Below, in pieces: positions 29,294 to 40,151 of a DNA stretch of 64,000 bases. The DNA is from a virus (lineage: Duplodnaviria; Caudoviricetes): the IMG/VR virus record IMGVR_UViG_3300032330_002177, positions 1 to 64,000 of that record; one strand, 5' to 3'. Position 1 is the first letter of the stretch, and every line of letters starts with the position of its first letter. The translations under genes and the position numbers were made by a program. The notes beneath the pieces were generated by a model that had not been told where the DNA came from, did no database searches, and was given only the letters and a program-made list of their open reading frames with translations.

Positions 29294-29863
29294 ATGAACT
29301 ATAGAAAAGATCTTATTAATTATTTTGTTAAAAAATTTAACTACACTTCTTATTTAGAGATAGGAGTAAATACTCCTCATAAAACTTTTAATCATATCCT
29401 TTGTTCCGCTAAAGAAGGAGTTGATCCTAATGGATGCTCTACTCATAAAATGACATCTGATAAATTTTTTGAATCTACACCTAGTGATAAAAAATGGGAT
29501 ATTATATTTGTGGATGGAGATCATAATAGAGAACAAGTAAAAAAAGATATATTAAACTCTCTTGATCATTTAAATGATAATGGAATTATTGTTTGCCATG
29601 ATGTTAATCCACAGCAAAAATCTTTATTAAGCTCTTCAGCTTGTGGAAGCGCTTGGGAGGCGTTCGCTGAATTAAGAGGTACAAGAAATGATCTTATTAT
29701 GTATGGTATGACATTTGATCATTTAGGATTTATACATAAAGGAACTCAAGTTTGTTTTGATAAAGAAATTACATATTCTTGGGAGTTTTTAGATATGAAC
29801 AGAAAAGAATTAATGAATGAACTTACTTTAGATGAATTTTATAAATTATATCCAATAAATTAA
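29294..29863 (+). CDS. Class I SAM methyltransferase (Methyltransf_24-like)
   Basis: YLEIGV, GVDP, DIIFVDGDH, IVCHD. Confidence 0.88.
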   Translation: MNYRKDLINYFVKKFNYTSYLEIGVNTPHKTFNHILCSAKEGVDPNGCSTHKMTSDKFFESTPSDKKWDIIFVDGDHNREQVKKDILNSLDHLNDNGIIVCHDVNPQQKSLLSSSACGSAWEAFAELRGTRNDLIMYGMTFDHLGFIHKGTQVCFDKEITYSWEFLDMNRKELMNELTLDEFYKLYPIN

Positions 29864-29867
29864 TTTT

Positions 29868-30671
29868 ATGGTAGAAAAAAAGAATGTGATTTTTTGGATT
29901 GGAGTTAGAAGTGAAGATCCATTATTAAGAGAAAAACATAATAATTTTGATTATCTAGATTACTCAAAACAAACTTGGTTGTATTGGTGTAAAAAACATG
30001 ATGTTGAATTTTTTGAATATAACACACCATCATTATCTGATACAGGAACTCATAAAGTAACATGGCAGAGATGGTTTGATGTTTTTGATCAAATAGAACA
30101 AGCTAATATTAACTATAATAAAATACTATTAACTGATGGTAGTATAATGGCTAAATGGGATATGCCTAATATATTTGATTTGGCTAATCACCAGTTAAAT
30201 GCCTTTAGATCATTAGAAAACATAAAATGGATTGATGAAGGGATTAAAGGATATCAATCATTATTTCCAGAAGTAAAATTTGATTTAAAACAATATGTTT
30301 CATGTGGATTTCAAATATTTGATCAAACACATAAACCATTTCTAGAGCAATTAAAGAAATTTTATTTTGATAATCTTGAAACTATATTAGAATTACAATC
30401 AAAAATAGGTAGAGGTACTGATCAACCTGTATATAATTACTTATTACAACAAAATAGTATTAAAACAAACCAACATCTCCCAGCATCATATTGGTTAATG
30501 CATATGAATAGATTTAATTGGTTTGCTCATAATTGGCAACTAAAAGAAGATACAACACCATATTTTATTAAGTATGGTTATATATGGGTATTTAGTGGAT
30601 TTGATAGAAGACAAAGAGGTAATTTAATGAAACAAACTTGGGAAATAGTAAAAAATAACTACAATGAGTAA
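29868..30671 (+). CDS. GT8-like glycosyltransferase
   Basis: Similar to the next gene: WLYWCKKH, GTDQPVYNY; DxD degenerate (TDGS). Confidence 0.6.
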   Translation: MVEKKNVIFWIGVRSEDPLLREKHNNFDYLDYSKQTWLYWCKKHDVEFFEYNTPSLSDTGTHKVTWQRWFDVFDQIEQANINYNKILLTDGSIMAKWDMPNIFDLANHQLNAFRSLENIKWIDEGIKGYQSLFPEVKFDLKQYVSCGFQIFDQTHKPFLEQLKKFYFDNLETILELQSKIGRGTDQPVYNYLLQQNSIKTNQHLPASYWLMHMNRFNWFAHNWQLKEDTTPYFIKYGYIWVFSGFDRRQRGNLMKQTWEIVKNNYNE

Positions 30672-31428
30672 AAATATTATTTTTTTAATAAATGTTAAGC
30701 ATGATAAAAAATTTCAAGGAGGAGGTAATACTCAAGAAGGAGTTTTTGAATGGTCTTTTAAAAGTTGGAAACATTATGCTGACCGACATAACTGTGATAT
30801 CTTTGTTTTAGATCAGGAATTAATGGATATTGAGTATATGAAACCTAATTGGTTTAAAATGTATATACTTGATATATTAGACCAAAATGAAATTGATTAT
30901 GATCAAGTATTATATGTTGATTATGACACTATAGTAACACCTGATGCGCCTAATATATTTGAAATAACAGAAAATAAATTTTGCGCTGTTAGAAATTTTG
31001 GAGATGTAGATTGGGTACTTAGAAGTATAGAAAATTATTCTAAATTTATATTTGGAGACTTCACTTTTCCTTACTATAATTATTTTAATTCTGGTGTTAT
31101 GATTTTTAATAAGAAACATAAACCATTATTTAAATCACTTCAAGAATTTTATCATAACAATTATGAAAAATTAATTTGGATGCAAAATACATTCTGTGTA
31201 GGTAATGACCAACCAGTATTTAATTTCTTTGTAAACAGAGATATATCAGATGATTATAAAGTATTAGATTATGAATGGAATATGCAGGATATGATGAGGT
31301 TTGAAGTATTAAATGAAGATATGTTACATACAAGATATGGCTATATATCTCATTATAATGCAGGTACACCTCCATCATCACAATATTGGATTGAAAAAAC
31401 TTATAAACATTTATATGAAAACAATTGA
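30664..31428 (+). CDS. GT8-like glycosyltransferase
   Basis: LYVDYD, YFNSGV, NDQPVFN, EWN, ISHY. Confidence 0.85.
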   Translation: MSKNIIFLINVKHDKKFQGGGNTQEGVFEWSFKSWKHYADRHNCDIFVLDQELMDIEYMKPNWFKMYILDILDQNEIDYDQVLYVDYDTIVTPDAPNIFEITENKFCAVRNFGDVDWVLRSIENYSKFIFGDFTFPYYNYFNSGVMIFNKKHKPLFKSLQEFYHNNYEKLIWMQNTFCVGNDQPVFNFFVNRDISDDYKVLDYEWNMQDMMRFEVLNEDMLHTRYGYISHYNAGTPPSSQYWIEKTYKHLYENN

Positions 31429-32023
31429 TGAATTATTAATTGAAATAAAAGAAGATAAAAAAGATAATTTATCAACCACATCATTTCAATTTAAAAGAGA
31501 CATATGGAACTATTTTCAAGGTTATCAAGATAAAATAGTTGTTGAATTTGGAACACATAAAGGACAAACAACCAGAGTGTTATCTTATTTATTTAAAAAA
31601 GTTTATACTATAAATAATAATGATAATGAGACTGCTAAAGAATTAAATAAAGATAGAGATAATATTATATATTTAAATTTTAATTTATATTCAAACTTAT
31701 CTCTTCCTATACCTGATCAGATTGATGTTTTCTTAATTGATGCTGGTCATGAGTATAATCATGTTATTTCTGATATTAATAGAGTTTCATCAATGAATTG
31801 TTCTAAAGATTGTTATGTTATATTTGATGATTATGGAGCTGACTGTCATGCTAATACAGTTAAATTAGCTGTTGATAAAGCTTTACAATCAAATATTTTA
31901 TCATTAGTTAAAGGAATAGGACATGAGAAGGGATATAATTTTGGGAATGGGGGTAAAGGAGGGAATGATAGAATATTAGAAAATTATGAAGGATTAATCA
32001 CAAAAATTATATGGCATGAGTAA
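31415..32023 (+). CDS. Class I SAM methyltransferase
   Basis: VVEFGTHKG, FLIDAGHEY, IFDDY; ATG at 31415 preferred. Confidence 0.82.
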   Translation: MKTIDELLIEIKEDKKDNLSTTSFQFKRDIWNYFQGYQDKIVVEFGTHKGQTTRVLSYLFKKVYTINNNDNETAKELNKDRDNIIYLNFNLYSNLSLPIPDQIDVFLIDAGHEYNHVISDINRVSSMNCSKDCYVIFDDYGADCHANTVKLAVDKALQSNILSLVKGIGHEKGYNFGNGGKGGNDRILENYEGLITKIIWHE

Positions 32024-32528
32024 ATTAGGAGGATGGGCTATTCAAGAGTCCTGTTTTGATTTTATTAAACAAATATTACCTGAGGGAAAAATAATATTAG
32101 AATTAGGTAGCGGATTAGGTACTGATTATTTGAGTAAACATTACACAATGTACTCAATTGAAAATTATCAAGAATGGGTAAATAAATATAAGTCAACTTA
32201 TATATATGCTCCAATAAAAAATTATGATAATAAATGGCAGGCACCAAACTTACCAGGAGATGATACATTAACACAAATAGGATGGTATGACCCTGAAATT
32301 GTTAAAAATAATTTACCATCACATTATGATTTAATTTTAGTTGATGGGCCTAATGGATTATTTGGAAGAGGAGGATTTTTAAAACATTTAGATTTTTTTA
32401 ATACAAATGTACCTATTATATTTGATGATATTAATAGAGAATCAGAACGTCAGTTGATGATTAAAGTATCTGAAAAACTAAATAAACCTTATTATGAATT
32501 AGATAAATACACAGGTTATATATTATGA
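32016..32528 (+). CDS. Class I SAM methyltransferase
   Basis: ILELGSGLGT, DLILVDGP, IFDD. Confidence 0.82.
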   Translation: MSKLGGWAIQESCFDFIKQILPEGKIILELGSGLGTDYLSKHYTMYSIENYQEWVNKYKSTYIYAPIKNYDNKWQAPNLPGDDTLTQIGWYDPEIVKNNLPSHYDLILVDGPNGLFGRGGFLKHLDFFNTNVPIIFDDINRESERQLMIKVSEKLNKPYYELDKYTGYIL

Positions 32529-33493
32529 CAACATTTGCAATAGGTTGCTTAGTACAATGGTATGAAGTAAAAATTATTGAAGAATATATTTCATCAATAA
32601 AATCAGCTATAGACAACTATGGTAAGGATAAAGTTATAATTGACTTTGCTATAGTACAAGGTCAACAATTAGAAAAATTTGATGGTACAGAAGAGGAGTT
32701 TGAAGATTTAATCCAAGGATTAAAAAAGACTATGACTGACTTATACCATGATGGTTACAATGTATTTTGGGAATGTTATACTAATGAAATATATTCAATA
32801 GCTGATTATAGAAAAGAATTTAATGATCGTTACTGTGAACAAGCAGATGTTTTAGTATGGGGTGAATCTGATATGTTAGCCCCTAAACAAATGTTTATTA
32901 TTTTAGATCATTTACATCAACAAGTTAGTTTGACCAATCCAAAATATTTATCTTTCTTTGGAGGTTGTAAAATGTGGGATGATAGTTGGAAATTACTTGA
33001 ACATCCTGACTTTACAGATAAACCATTTATTGAAGGTGATACTACTAATTGGTGGAGTTTAAGATATACAATGAGTGAAAAAGAAATGGATGATATAAAT
33101 AATAAAACAGAATCACCTGAAGTAATAATATTACCTCAACATAAATTTAATGGTTGTGGATTAGTTATATCATCTGAAGTAATTAAAGCAGGAGCTAATA
33201 TACCTAAAGGAATGTTTTTTGTTCATGAAGATACAGCGTTTATGTTTATGACTAATAAATTATTAGGTAGTATACCTCAATTTGTTATTAGAAATATTTT
33301 ATTAGTTCATAATAGAAAACATCATAGTAAACGATATAAAGTTAAAGGAGAAAATGGTATTGATCCTACTAATACTGGTTTATTAAGAGAACAACATAAT
33401 TGGTATAAAAAAGCTTATCAGGCTAGTAGTGATAATTTAAATAATTTATTTAATCCAAATTATAAATTTAAAAATTGGAAGGATGTCTTATAA
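32525..33493 (+). CDS. Glycosyltransferase-like protein (GT-A)
   Basis: WGESD, FNGCGL, HEDT; position within the cluster. Confidence 0.5.
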   Translation: MTTFAIGCLVQWYEVKIIEEYISSIKSAIDNYGKDKVIIDFAIVQGQQLEKFDGTEEEFEDLIQGLKKTMTDLYHDGYNVFWECYTNEIYSIADYRKEFNDRYCEQADVLVWGESDMLAPKQMFIILDHLHQQVSLTNPKYLSFFGGCKMWDDSWKLLEHPDFTDKPFIEGDTTNWWSLRYTMSEKEMDDINNKTESPEVIILPQHKFNGCGLVISSEVIKAGANIPKGMFFVHEDTAFMFMTNKLLGSIPQFVIRNILLVHNRKHHSKRYKVKGENGIDPTNTGLLREQHNWYKKAYQASSDNLNNLFNPNYKFKNWKDVL

Positions 33494-34136
33494 TATATTA
33501 GCAATTGGAGCCCATCCAGATGATATTGAATTTGGATGCTTTGGTACTTTAAAAAAACATATTGAATCAGGAGATAATGTTACTTTAGTTGTTATGACTA
33601 AAAGTAATGTTAAGGATGCTTATACTCAGGAAGTAACTCGTGACTCTGAAACTAGTCTAGAAGAAGCTTTAAACGCAGTTAATATATTAGGTTCACCTAA
33701 ACTTATAATAGGTGATTTTGAAGATACTAAAATTCCATTTGATAATACATCAGTAGCTTTTTTAGAACGTATAATCAAAGAAAAAAATATAGATACTGTT
33801 TATACCCATTGGGCAGGAGATACTCATCAGGATCATATCAATACATTATCTACTACAATGGCTGCGGCTAGATTAGTTAAAAATGTATTATGTTATGAAC
33901 AAGTACCATTACCTAGAATCACTACAGTGTATCCTGTAGCTAATTATTACGTTGACATAACTGATGTAATGGATTATAAATTACAGGGATGTAATGCTCA
34001 TAAGAGTCAAATTGATAAATTTAATAAACATGGTTTTGATATGATTGATAATTTAGTAACATTAGCTAAATTTAGAGGCAGTCAATGTGGAGTGAAATAT
34101 GCTGAAGCATTTAATGTCTTAAAATTAGTTAGATAA
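33483..34136 (+). CDS. PIG-L/LmbE family N-acetyl sugar deacetylase
   Basis: GAHPDDIE, THWAGDTHQDH, AHKSQ, AEAF. Confidence 0.92.
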   Translation: MSYNILAIGAHPDDIEFGCFGTLKKHIESGDNVTLVVMTKSNVKDAYTQEVTRDSETSLEEALNAVNILGSPKLIIGDFEDTKIPFDNTSVAFLERIIKEKNIDTVYTHWAGDTHQDHINTLSTTMAAARLVKNVLCYEQVPLPRITTVYPVANYYVDITDVMDYKLQGCNAHKSQIDKFNKHGFDMIDNLVTLAKFRGSQCGVKYAEAFNVLKLVR

Positions 34137-34825
34137 TGTATAAAAAATATACTCACAAAACAAATTCAGGTACTGAAGCGTTAGTTATAGCTTTAAAACA
34201 ACTTAATTCTAAAAAAGTTATTATCCCAACTTATACTTGTACAGATATATTAAATGCTGTTAAACAGGCTAATTGTGAATATACAATTGTTGATTGTGGT
34301 TATGATTTACAAATTGATACTCTTGAAGTAATAAATTTAGCTAATGAAAATGACACAGTAATTATTCCTCATATGTTTGGTATTAGAGCAGATGTTAAAA
34401 TAATTAAAGAAAAAACATCACTCAAAATAATTGAGGATTTAAGTCAATGTCATGGATTAAAAGATTTAGGAAAATACGCTGATATAGTAGTTTCATCTAC
34501 TAATAAAAGTAAATGGATTGATCTTAAAGGTGGTGGGTTAATTTTTTCAGATACTAATTTGAATTTACCATTATATGATTTTACTAAACATAAATTATTA
34601 ATAGAAAATAATCTTAATAGACGAATTGAGTTAGCTGATGAGATTATTGAAGCTGGAGTTAAATTAATAGGTGAAGAAAGTTCATGGTTACGAGGAATGT
34701 ATTTTACTTTAAATAAATCAAGTAGATTACCTTATATTCCTTTACATAAACTTGAAAATACATTTGGTTGCTCTAAAGTAGATTCTTATATTAATAATAT
34801 AAATTGGATTTCAATTATAATATGA
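34136..34825 (+). CDS. Compact DegT/DnrJ-family sugar aminotransferase
   Basis: SGTEAL, IIPTYTC, HMFG, IIEDLSQ, S..KSK...GGG; only 229 aa. Confidence 0.8.
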   Translation: MYKKYTHKTNSGTEALVIALKQLNSKKVIIPTYTCTDILNAVKQANCEYTIVDCGYDLQIDTLEVINLANENDTVIIPHMFGIRADVKIIKEKTSLKIIEDLSQCHGLKDLGKYADIVVSSTNKSKWIDLKGGGLIFSDTNLNLPLYDFTKHKLLIENNLNRRIELADEIIEAGVKLIGEESSWLRGMYFTLNKSSRLPYIPLHKLENTFGCSKVDSYINNINWISIII

Positions 34826-35418
34826 GTCAAGAAAAAATGATAAACTGGTATAATGATTCTTTAAATCAATATGGTGAAAAGGATTTTAGATCACTTACCT
34901 GGGGAAACACTGAAGGTACTTCAGCTAAAGCAAGATATGAGACTATGAATTTAATTCATTCATTCTCAGATAAAAACATTATTGAATTTGGATGTGGATG
35001 GGGATCATTTTTTGATTTTGGATTCACTTGCAAATCATATTATGGATTAGATATAAATTCTAATTTTATAGAGTTAGCTAAAACTAAATATCCTAATTAT
35101 CAATTTGAACAAATTGATATATTAGCATTTAATAACTTATCAAATGTTAAATATGATTTAGCTATATCATCTGGAGTTGCTGGTAATCAAGGAGGTCCAG
35201 CTGATCATCCTTTAAAATTAAAAAAATATCTATCTATTATGCTTAATGCTTCAAGTAAAGTGATAGTTAATTTTCCTAGTACTTGGGCTACAATTCGTAG
35301 TGACAATATAGAATATTTTTCTCCATCTTCAACTTTAGAGATAGCTTTATCTATAACTAATAATGTTCAATTAATCCATAAAACTAATTTTGATTTTCTA
35401 TTAATACTAGAACAATGA
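34822..35418 (+). CDS. Class I SAM methyltransferase
   Basis: SLTWG, IIEFGCGWG, YYGLDIN, ISSG. Confidence 0.85.
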   Translation: MSQEKMINWYNDSLNQYGEKDFRSLTWGNTEGTSAKARYETMNLIHSFSDKNIIEFGCGWGSFFDFGFTCKSYYGLDINSNFIELAKTKYPNYQFEQIDILAFNNLSNVKYDLAISSGVAGNQGGPADHPLKLKKYLSIMLNASSKVIVNFPSTWATIRSDNIEYFSPSSTLEIALSITNNVQLIHKTNFDFLLILEQ

Positions 35419-35984
35419 AAATAACAATACATCAGCCAGAACATTTTCCATATCTAGGCTTTTTTCAAAAAATGAAAGCAGCTGATATATTTGTTATACT
35501 TGATGATGTTCAGTATACTAAAGAAAATTTTCAAAATAGAAATAAATTTTTAAATAAAAATGGAGTAGAAGAATGGTTTACTATAGAATTAGAGCAAGAC
35601 GCTAATAAAAAACTAATTAAAGATGTTTTAGTGAATGATAAAACTAAATGGCGATCAAAAATATTAACTAAACTTCAAACTAATTTTAAAGTTGATTTAA
35701 GTGAAATTTATAAGTTTGATAAACTAATTGATATAAATATAGCTTCAATTAATTATTGTAGAGAAAAATTAAATATAAATGTACCTATAATTTTAAGTTC
35801 AACATTAAATATTACAACATCTAAATCAGAACGTTTAGCTGATATTTGTAGATATTTTAAAGCAACTGAATATATTAGTGGAGGAGGAGGGAAGAATTAT
35901 TTAGATGAAAGTATATTTGATTGTAAAGTATCTTATTTTCATCCTAATGTATCTAATTATTATACAACATTACAACACATATGA
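35415..35984 (+). CDS. WbqC-like protein
   Basis: IHQPEHFPYLGFFQK, DDVQY, FQNRN, YISGGGGKNY. Confidence 0.9.
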   Translation: MKITIHQPEHFPYLGFFQKMKAADIFVILDDVQYTKENFQNRNKFLNKNGVEEWFTIELEQDANKKLIKDVLVNDKTKWRSKILTKLQTNFKVDLSEIYKFDKLIDINIASINYCREKLNINVPIILSSTLNITTSKSERLADICRYFKATEYISGGGGKNYLDESIFDCKVSYFHPNVSNYYTTLQHI

Positions 35985-36916
35985 AAATAGCTTTTTTCAC
36001 AGAAGGAAATTATATAAGTAAAATACCAAGACAGCATACTAATATGAGGACAGATCAAGCATGGATTTGTGCTTTGGATGCTACTCATTATCCTGTCACT
36101 CAATTGCCTAATGATCATTTTGATATAGGTGTTGTTATTATACCTAAAGAAAAAAATAGAGAACATCTAGCAAATAATAATTATCCTTTAGTTAGTAATT
36201 TAAAAAATATTTGTGATAAAGTTTTTATAATGCAAGAAGGAACACATTGGGATTGGATGGAAGATTCTATACCTACTATGTGTTGGTTTTATAATCAATT
36301 ATTAGAAGCGGATGCTTTACTTTGTCATAATGAAATAGATGTTAAATATTATAAAGGCATAACTAATAAACCATGTTATATACTACAAACATTAATGTTA
36401 GAGGATAATATTAATATATCTAATGATAAAGATGATAAAGTATTTGTAGCAGGTAATTGGCATCAAACGTATAGAGGATTTGACGCTTGGGTTATAAGTC
36501 AAGAATTTGATTTACCAATGATGGGATTTAAATCAGGTAAATTTAAACCAGGAGAAGAAGTAACAGGTATTAATTATTTACCTTGGATACCATGGAATCA
36601 ATTTATGTTTGAATTATCTAAATGTAAGTATGGAGTTCAAACTTATGAAACATCAGCTGGACAATTTCCTTTAAATTGTTCTTATCTAGGAATACCTTGT
36701 GTTGGATATAATCAAGTAGATACTCAGAGATTATTACATCCACATTTGTCAATTGAAGTAGGAGATGTTCATTCAGCTAGAAAATTAGTTAGTAAATTAA
36801 AAAATAATAAAGACTTTTATAACGAATGTAGTTTACAAACAAAAGAATTATATAATAAATTATACACTGAAGATAAATTTATAGAAAAATGGAATCAAAT
36901 AATAAAACAATTTTAA
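35981..36916 (+). CDS. Glycosyltransferase-like protein (GT-B)
   Basis: SAGQFPLNCSYLGIPCVG C-terminal signature, similar to 28383. Confidence 0.6.
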   Translation: MKIAFFTEGNYISKIPRQHTNMRTDQAWICALDATHYPVTQLPNDHFDIGVVIIPKEKNREHLANNNYPLVSNLKNICDKVFIMQEGTHWDWMEDSIPTMCWFYNQLLEADALLCHNEIDVKYYKGITNKPCYILQTLMLEDNINISNDKDDKVFVAGNWHQTYRGFDAWVISQEFDLPMMGFKSGKFKPGEEVTGINYLPWIPWNQFMFELSKCKYGVQTYETSAGQFPLNCSYLGIPCVGYNQVDTQRLLHPHLSIEVGDVHSARKLVSKLKNNKDFYNECSLQTKELYNKLYTEDKFIEKWNQIIKQF

Positions 36917-38103
36917 TGGAAAAAATAACATTTGTATTACCGAGTAGAAATAATTTAGAATTTCTCCAACTCGCTTATAAATCGATTCGTAATTTAAAAA
37001 CTAAACATGAAGTATTAGTTTTAGATGATGCTAGTACAGATGGTACTCAAGAATGGATTAAATCAATTAATGATGAAGATTTAATAACATATCATAATCC
37101 AGGACCAGATCGTATTGGTATAGTAGGAATGTTTGATAAAGGTATTGAAATGGCTAAAACCGATATTATATTTGCGTTTCATGCTGATATGGTAGCTGGA
37201 CCTAATTTAGATACTAATATATTAAAACACTTAACACCAGGAACAGTAGTTTGTGCTACTAGAATTGAACCACCATTACATCCATCAGGTCCAGAGAAAA
37301 TAACTCAAGCGTGGGGCAACGAAGTAGAAGAATTTGATTTTAATAAAGTAATAAATAGTATAGGACATTTTGAAAGAGAAAATAAAGATAAAACTACAGA
37401 AGGTATATTTGCACCTTGGTGTATGTATAAATCAGATTATTTAGCAATTGGAGGACATGATGAATTATTCGCTCCGCAATCAAAAGAAGATAGTGATTTA
37501 TTTAATCGTTTTGTTTTAAAAGGATATAAATTAATTCAGTCATGGGATGGTCTAGTTTATCATTTCACTAGTAGAGGAAGTAGATTTAATAAACACGCTG
37601 GAGGAGCAGCAGGTAAAAATAGTGAGGAGTGGCTCTACACAACAAATAAAAACGCTAGAAATTTTATTCGTAAGTGGGGACATTTTGTAAAACATGATGC
37701 TTTTATGAAACCAATTATACCTCATAAGTATGATATTGGTTTTATAGTTCATAATTGTAATTTAGAAATATTAGCTACTTTAGAACCATGGTGTAGTACA
37801 ATTTATATTAATGATGAAATGGGTGTGTTAGAAGCAGCTTATCATGATTTAGAACAAAAACATACCTTAATTAATCTTAAAGATAAAATTAAACAAATAA
37901 ATAATAATACTCCAGACAATGGTATAACAATTGAATTTGATGCTACTAAATTAACTCAAGAATCATTTATTACATTAACTCAATTTCCAGAAATAATAGC
38001 TAATTCTGGTGAGTTAGGAGAGTTTGAATTAGATATATTTGACGTTAGTATTGTGAATTTATCAACGTATGAGCATGATCTTATCAATATTTATAATAAA
38101 TAA
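36916..38103 (+). CDS. Glycosyltransferase family 2
   Basis: VLPSRN, LDDASTDGT, FHADM, GGHDE, EDSD; ATG at 36916 preferred. Confidence 0.9.
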   Translation: MEKITFVLPSRNNLEFLQLAYKSIRNLKTKHEVLVLDDASTDGTQEWIKSINDEDLITYHNPGPDRIGIVGMFDKGIEMAKTDIIFAFHADMVAGPNLDTNILKHLTPGTVVCATRIEPPLHPSGPEKITQAWGNEVEEFDFNKVINSIGHFERENKDKTTEGIFAPWCMYKSDYLAIGGHDELFAPQSKEDSDLFNRFVLKGYKLIQSWDGLVYHFTSRGSRFNKHAGGAAGKNSEEWLYTTNKNARNFIRKWGHFVKHDAFMKPIIPHKYDIGFIVHNCNLEILATLEPWCSTIYINDEMGVLEAAYHDLEQKHTLINLKDKIKQINNNTPDNGITIEFDATKLTQESFITLTQFPEIIANSGELGEFELDIFDVSIVNLSTYEHDLINIYNK

Positions 38104-38108
38104 TTAAT

Positions 38109-38429
38109 ATGGCTAAGAAATCAACACGTAAGATACCATCAATGGTAATTAATATTAATGGAGGTGCTGTAGCTGATGTTAAGATATTATGCGACAATGA
38201 AGTATTCTCTGGAGCAGTTTATAAAGAAGCTATAGCAAGTATTAAAGACGCTATTGAAAATAAAAGGAAAACAGCTGTACTGTTTGAATTAGATAAAAGT
38301 GAATACTATATTGAAATTATCAAATCAGAATGGAAACAAGCTTTACAATCATGTATTGATAAACTTATTGAAACTGAAGATTATGAGATGTGCATTCAAA
38401 TACAAGACTTAATTGATAAAATAAATTAA
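38109..38429 (+). CDS. Small protein with C-terminal UVR-like motif
   Basis: LIETEDYEMCIQIQDLI. Confidence 0.55.
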   Translation: MAKKSTRKIPSMVININGGAVADVKILCDNEVFSGAVYKEAIASIKDAIENKRKTAVLFELDKSEYYIEIIKSEWKQALQSCIDKLIETEDYEMCIQIQDLIDKIN

Positions 38430-38430
38430 T

Positions 38431-38841
38431 ATGAAAGAAGATAGTTATGATGATATTAAAAAAGCAGTTGATAATTTACTTAAAATAAATTCAACAGTTA
38501 AACGGAAGAAAAAAGCATATATTGATAAGCAAAAAGACTTATTCACTAATATACTAATGGCTTTACAGGCGCTTCAAACTAGAACTATCTTGACCCAAGC
38601 TGAATTAAAAATTGATTTTAGTAGTTATGATGAGATGTTTTTACAAACAATAGACTCACTTATACTTTTACATTTTGGAAAGGAAGGATATGAAGTAATT
38701 AGTTTTTACTTATATGAAAAATACAACCCAGACGGAACAGTAAATGAATTATTTGATGAGGATGAAAATATAGTTCCAAGTACAACAGCTGAAGATATTT
38801 GGAATATACTTCAAAAACTAAAGAACGATAATGAAAAATAA
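38431..38841 (+). CDS. Hypothetical protein
   Basis: ORF in operon context. Confidence 0.6.
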   Translation: MKEDSYDDIKKAVDNLLKINSTVKRKKKAYIDKQKDLFTNILMALQALQTRTILTQAELKIDFSSYDEMFLQTIDSLILLHFGKEGYEVISFYLYEKYNPDGTVNELFDEDENIVPSTTAEDIWNILQKLKNDNEK

Positions 38842-38844
38842 GTT

Positions 38845-39474
38845 ATGCTTCCAAAACCATTACTCAAAAATGATATAGAGAGAGCAATGGCGATGACTAA
38901 AAGTAATCGCGCAGCAGCAAGATATTTGCATGTATCCTATATTCATTATAAAAGATATGCTAAGAATTATACTGATGAGGATGGTGTACTATTATTTGAT
39001 AAACATAAAAATCAATCAGGTAAAGGTATAAGTAAATTCTTATCTAATAAAGGTAAGGAACCAGCATTAATGGATGTTATTGAAGGTAGAGTACCAATTG
39101 ATTCTTACACTCCAGAAAAACTAAAGAATAGATTAATACAAGAAAGTTATTTACAAGAATGTTGCTCTAAATGTGGTTTTGCTGAACGTAGAGTACTTGA
39201 TTATAAAGTACCTTTAATACTTAATTTTAAGGATGGTAATAAAAAGAATTGGACATTAGATAATTTAGAACTAATGTGTTACAATCATTACTTTTTATAT
39301 GTTGGAAATATATTCACTGATAAACAAATCCAACATATTGAAGATTATAATCCATCAACATTCCAAAGTGATTCAACTTGGGAATTAGATGATTATTATA
39401 AAAATCATTTACAGAATTTAGGAGTAATTGATAACGACTCAGAGCCAGGTTCAGAATTTATCTCTAAAATTTGA
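38845..39474 (+). CDS. HTH plus HNH-like protein
   Basis: SNRAAARYLHVSY helix-turn-helix; CSKCG...DGNKKNWTLDNLELMCYNH. Confidence 0.7.
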   Translation: MLPKPLLKNDIERAMAMTKSNRAAARYLHVSYIHYKRYAKNYTDEDGVLLFDKHKNQSGKGISKFLSNKGKEPALMDVIEGRVPIDSYTPEKLKNRLIQESYLQECCSKCGFAERRVLDYKVPLILNFKDGNKKNWTLDNLELMCYNHYFLYVGNIFTDKQIQHIEDYNPSTFQSDSTWELDDYYKNHLQNLGVIDNDSEPGSEFISKI

Positions 39475-39519
39475 CCTAAATAAATAATTTATATTTAAGT
39501 ATAATAAAAAATAAAAGTT

Positions 39520-39939
39520 ATGTTGTGGTCAGTTAAAAAACGATTTCAAGACGGTACAGTAACAGATGAAATAATCAGTTCACCATCTCCATATGTGGTC
39601 AATCTTGCTAAAGAAAAAATAGTAGCTAGTATGACTAAAGTTCATAAATATAATTATGAACACATATATCCTCCAATGTTTTATAAATCACATATTGATA
39701 GTAAACTCTATCTAATGCCACTTGGAATTGAAGTACATCCAGAAACAACTATGGATGATGTTAATTGGACTAAACCAAAATTAAAAAAAGAAATTGAACA
39801 TATCCAAGGCTCAGTAGGCACATATAAAACAACATATGATCCAAACAAGAAAACTTATAAATGTACATGTATGGGATTTTGGAGATCAAAAGGTAATTGT
39901 AAACATGTTAAAGCATTAAAAGAAAAAAATAAATTATGA
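39520..39939 (+). CDS. SWIM zinc-finger protein
   Basis: CTCMGF...CKH. Confidence 0.8.
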   Translation: MLWSVKKRFQDGTVTDEIISSPSPYVVNLAKEKIVASMTKVHKYNYEHIYPPMFYKSHIDSKLYLMPLGIEVHPETTMDDVNWTKPKLKKEIEHIQGSVGTYKTTYDPNKKTYKCTCMGFWRSKGNCKHVKALKEKNKL

Positions 39940-40151
39940 AAATAGAAGAAAAAATAATTAAACTATTAATTGAATCATTCACTGAAGAATGTATTGGAGA
40001 AATGGCTAAACAGAAAAGAGAAGATCCTGCTGATTTATTTAATTTTGGGATTGGATCAGCTGATGCTGCTGTTAGAAGAGTAAAAACAAAATGGATAGAA
40101 AAATTAAATAATAATAAAATAAAAGAAGATGTTGACAATAAAGTATTTTAG
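39936..40151 (+). CDS. Hypothetical protein
   Basis: ATGA overlap with the upstream gene. Confidence 0.5.
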   Translation: MKIEEKIIKLLIESFTEECIGEMAKQKREDPADLFNFGIGSADAAVRRVKTKWIEKLNNNKIKEDVDNKVF

